Below are positions 58,842 to 64,000 of a stretch of DNA of 64,000 nucleotides, one piece after another. Position 1 is the first letter of the stretch. The number at the start of each line of letters is the position of its first letter. The translations under genes were made by a program, and so were the position numbers. Source of the stretch: the human T2T-CHM13v2.0 reference genome, Homo sapiens; NCBI RefSeq assembly GCF_009914755.1, contig NC_060938.1. One strand, written 5' to 3'. Below the pieces are notes generated by a model. That model was not told where the DNA came from. It searched no databases and worked only from the letters and a program-made list of their open reading frames with translations.

Positions 58842-58883
<42 letters not shown>
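58842..58883. repeat. (CA)n microsatellite preceded by (CT)n
   Basis: Seen directly. Confidence 0.95.
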
Positions 58884-58885
<2 letters not shown>

Positions 58886-59739
58886 ATATGGCCAGGCCCA
58901 GAAGTCTGCAGGCTCTGGGCCAACAAATAATGCCCTGGCTGGTGTTAATTTCAGGGGCTGATTCTCTTGGGTTATTGCTCATGCAGAAAATGCTGCCTCT
59001 GCTGGGTTATTATTATTTTTTAATTGACACATAATGATTTACAAAGAAACGATAAATGTTCGAGGTGATGAATATGCTGATTTGACCATCACACATTGTA
59101 GAAAGATATCAAAATCTCACACTCTAGCCCAGCTGTTTTGAATCTGGATTCCCAAGCCAGCTCTGGAGGGGCCTCAGAGCACTATCCAGAGGCGCAGATG
59201 ACACCCACAGGAAAAACTTTGACTATCAAACTAAGAATGCTGGCAAATTTTTTTTCTCTCTCTGATCTGAGACTGAGTTGAGGTACGGTAATTCATGCCA
59301 TAACCTCTGCACAAATGTTTTGTAAAGCCAGGTAGTCATCTGCACATGTCACAAAGCTCCGGCCAGCATCAGTAGCCTGCTGGTTGTATTTTCTATCCCT
59401 CCTTGCCTGCCACCATCCTTTGTCCCCTGGCTCCTGAGCCTAGGATTGCACTTGACAATTAAGTGTTAACATGTTAACAGTACTGCAGGCACTGCTTTCC
59501 AAGGAGCCCAGGCTAAGGCAAATAATCAAGTATTATTATATACTTCAGGTTGAGATTATTTTTCTCATTTTTGCCATGTGCTGCTATCTCACCTCATCTG
59601 TTCATCATTATAATTACTGTCTTTCAAACACGTTTAACTCCATTACTACTATCTTTTCTCACACTTGCCTGTCAAAATCCAACCATTTCCTTTGACTTTT
59701 TCTTCCTTCCCTACTTCCTCCCTTTCTTCTTTCCTCTTT

Positions 59740-59940
59740 TTTAAAAATCCTTTTAAATTGTGAAATGTAATACACATACATAAAACTGAATGGAGCATAA
59801 ATGTATATTTTAGCAAAAACAAACCACCCCAGTCAAGAAATAGAATATCGTCAGCACCCCAGAAGCCACAACATGCCTCATTCTGATAAAAAGTTCCACT
59901 CCCATCCCCTCTAGAGTCAAGCATTATCCTACTTTTGGCT
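59740..59940 (-). mobile_element. L1ME 3' fragment
   Basis: ccagtcaagaaatagaatatcgtcagcaccccagaagcc. Confidence 0.6.
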
Positions 59941-61156
59941 GTCAATAGGTACCAGTATATTATCAAATTAATAGATGGAATTAGAACTACCTTTCTTTGA
60001 CATCTAGATGTAGAAGTTCTCTCTACCTTACACCTAACACCCGAGTAAGGTCCAAAATTTTACTATGATTATATGCACAGTTTATGGCCTAAGGCTATAC
60101 AAAATAATTCATCTCCTTAGTCCGAGAAACAGCAAAATCTTCAACCACTGTAATAACAAGCAAGAGAATGTCAAATTGATGAGCTCAGTTTCATCCTCAG
60201 AAACATACACCGTGATGAAGAGAAGAATTTGGATACAAAGGGTAACTCAGGCCGAAGGACAAACTGAAGATTGAGGGTTTTATCCCTGGACCTGCAATTA
60301 GCTACTACTCTTAGAAAGTGCTTACTTTTTCTCTTTATCAGCAAAATAATATATCTACAACAACATCAACAAACCCAACTACCAAGGCAAACAGACAGGT
60401 ATTGATTTGCTTTCCCAAGGACCAGGGGCTTCAATGAATCACACTTCTGGCAAACTGTTCTTTAAACACTTGATAGTTTTGCAACTGAACTGTGAAACTC
60501 AGACTGGCACTTTCTCTCTAGGCTTTGGTGATTTGCAGGTAGGATGTGTAAAAATTTTCACCTGTCAAAGAGCAAGGTTTTTTTTTCCTTTCACAAAAAT
60601 AGTGAGAAAACAAAACTCATATCAGCAATGAAACAAGTATTTTTAATTTTTTTGTATTAATTATCTTCATCAACTCCTCTTCATTCCCAAACCCCATAAC
60701 AGCCCTGTATACATCCTCCCACACCTTTATCATACAAACATATTGAAACATAGGTACACATTTACAGTTTCTTGGTTATTTGGTTATATACAAATAAAAT
60801 CTTCATACGCATATTATTTTGAAGTTACTTTTACTAGCTTTACATATATCATGAACATAACTTAGGATCAAAAAACAAAGGATAGATTCATTCTAGTAGC
60901 TAAGTAACGTATTATATATACATGTAACATAGTGTATTTAATTATTTCCATATCAAAGTGCATTCATGTTGCTTTCAGGTTTTTGTTTCTACAAATAATT
61001 CATCAATAAACTTCTTATGTACTGGAGCTTTTATTTTATAGGATAAATTTCCAAAAGTGGGAGTCCTGAGGCAAAGAGTACCCATTTAGCCTACTCTTCT
61101 TAAATGTCAGGTAGTAACTTATAACCCTGCTAGAAAGAAAAGAGCACATATCTTTC

Positions 61157-61826
61157 TCTTTTTAAAATTTAACTTTATGTTCTGGGATACACGTGCAGAA
61201 TGTGCACATTTGTTACATAGGTATACATGTGTCATGGTGGTTTGCTGCACCTATCAACCCGTCATCTATGTTTTAAGCCCTGCATGCATTAGGTATTTGT
61301 CCTAATGTTCTCCTTCCCCTTGCCCCCACCCCCTGACAGGCCCTGGTGTGTGATGTTCCCCTCCCTGTGTCCATGTGTTCTCATTGTTCAACTCCCGGTT
61401 ATGAGTGAGAACATGTGGTATTTGGTTTTCTGTTCCTGTGTTAGTTTGCTAAGCATGATATATTTTAGCAATAACAAACCACCCCAGTCAAGAAATAGAA
61501 TATTGTCAGCACCCCAGAAGCCACAACATGCCCCATTCTGATAAAAGTTCCACTCCCATCCCCTCTAGAGTTAAGCATTATCCTACTTTTGGCTGTCAAT
61601 AGGTACCAGTATATTATCAAATTAATAGATGGAATTAGAACTACCCTTCTTTGACATCTAAGTGTCATCCATCCCTATAAAGGATATGATCTCATTCTTT
61701 TTCATGGCTGCATAGTATTCCATGGTGTATATGTGTCACATTTTCTTTACTCAGTCTACCATTGATGGGCATTTGGGTTGTTTCCAAGTCTTTGCTCTTG
61801 TAAATAGTGCTGCAATAAATATGTGC
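61157..61826 (-). mobile_element. 5'-truncated L1PA7/8-like with a templated insert
   Basis: Antisense L1PA 3' end; TSD aagagcacatat at 61140 and 61827. Confidence 0.88.
61459..61660 (+). repeat. Direct copy of 59804-60006
   Basis: About 202 bp with 5 substitutions and 1 indel by eye. Confidence 0.95.
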
Positions 61827-62422
61827 AAGAGCACATATTCTTTCATTGGCCATTGTTACTCTAGTATTTGCCAACCTGATAGATGGTAAGTGGTATCTCA
61901 TGGTTGCTTTATTTTTTTTTTCAACTATTATTTTAATTTCAGGGGGTACATGTGCAGGTTTGTTACCTGGGTATAGTGTGTGATGCTGAAGTTTGGGCTA
62001 TAAATGATTCCATCACCTAGGTACTGAGTATAGTACCCAATAGTTAGCTTTTCAACCCTTGGCTCCCCCTCTCTTCTCATTCTAATAGTCCACAGTTTCT
62101 ATTGTTCTCAACTTTATGTCCATGAGCACTCAATGTTTAGCTCTCACTTGTAAGTGAGGACATGAGGTTTTTTATTTTCTGTTCCTGTGTTAATAATTTG
62201 CTTAAGATAATGGCCTCCAGCTGCATTCATGTTACTGCAAAGGACATGATTTCATTCTTCTTATGACTGCATAGTATTCCATGGCATATATGTAACACAT
62301 TTTCTTTATCCAATCTGTTATTAATGGGCACCTAGGTTGATTCTGTGTCTTTGCTATTGTGACTAGTGCTGCAATGAATACACAAGTATATGTGTCTTTT
62401 TGGTAGAAAAATGTGTGTTTTC

Positions 62423-63119
<697 letters not shown>

Positions 63120-64000
63120 TTAATTTACATTCCCACCAATAGTGTATAAATGTTGCCTTTTCTCCAGATCCTCGCCAGCATCTTGTTTTCTACTTTTTAT
63201 TAATAGCCATTCTGACTGGTGTGAGATGGTTCTCATGGTGGTTCTGATTTGCATTTCTCTGATAATTAATGATGACAAGCATTTCTTCATATGTTTCATA
63301 TGTTGGCCACTTGTATGTCCTCTTTTGAGAAGTGTCTGTTGATGTCTTTTGCCCATTTTTAATGGGGTTATTTGCTTTTGCTTGCTCAATTGTTTAAATT
63401 CCTTATAGATTCTGGATATTAGATCTTTGTTGGATGCACAGTTTGCGAATATTTTCTCCTGTTGTCTGTTTACTCTGTTGACAGTTTATTTTGCTGTGCA
63501 GAAGTTCTTTAGTTTAATTCGGTCTCACTTATCAATTTTCATTTTTGTTGCAGTTGCTCAAGGACTTCTTCATAAATTCTTTCCCAACACCAATGTCCAG
63601 AATGGTGTCTCCTAGGTTTTCTTCTAGAATTCTTAGAGTTTGAAGTCTTACATTTAAATATTTAATCCATCTCGAGTTAATTTTTGTTTATGGTGAAATG
63701 TAGGGGTCCAGTTTCATTTTTCTGCATATCGGTAGCCAGTTATCCCAGCACCACTTATTGAATAGGGAGTCCTTTTTCCATTGTTTATTTTTGTTCACTT
63801 TGTCAAAGATGACATGGCTATAACTGCACAGCTTTATTTCTGAGTTCTCTATTTTGTTCCATTAGTCTATGTGTCTATTTTTGTACCAGTATCATGCAGT
63901 TTTGGTAGCTGTAGCCTTATAGCATAATTTGAAGTCAGGTAATATGATGCCTCCAGCTTTGTTCTTTTTGCTTAGGCTTGCTTTTGCTATTTGGACTCTT

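Noticed and set aside
58570-59520. Possible ERVL LTR remnant ending gagcccaggctaaggca
   Set aside because: Too degenerate to name or bound without a profile search.

Overview
Primate (human-like, AluY-containing) genomic DNA, AT-rich and more than half covered by transposable-element relics. There is no intact protein-coding gene, rRNA, tRNA, CRISPR array or prokaryotic-type system, and I do not see a new biological system. The only gene-derived segment is a GC-rich ~4-kb processed pseudogene of ZFP41 (~39.9-43.9 kb, + strand) that ends in AGTAAA plus poly(A). The best observations are structural: (1) a ~310-bp inversion at 11.44-11.75 kb, reconstructed from three nested split elements and abutting a fold-back palindrome at an L1PA 5' junction; (2) an antisense L1PA fragment with no TSD or poly(A) replacing part of L1PB ORF1; (3) a 202-bp locally templated copy inserted into an L1PA; (4) an ancient MER121-like conserved element with octamer inverted repeats. 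Repeat family and subfamily names come from my recollection of consensus sequences, not from a database search. Boundaries of old elements are approximate.
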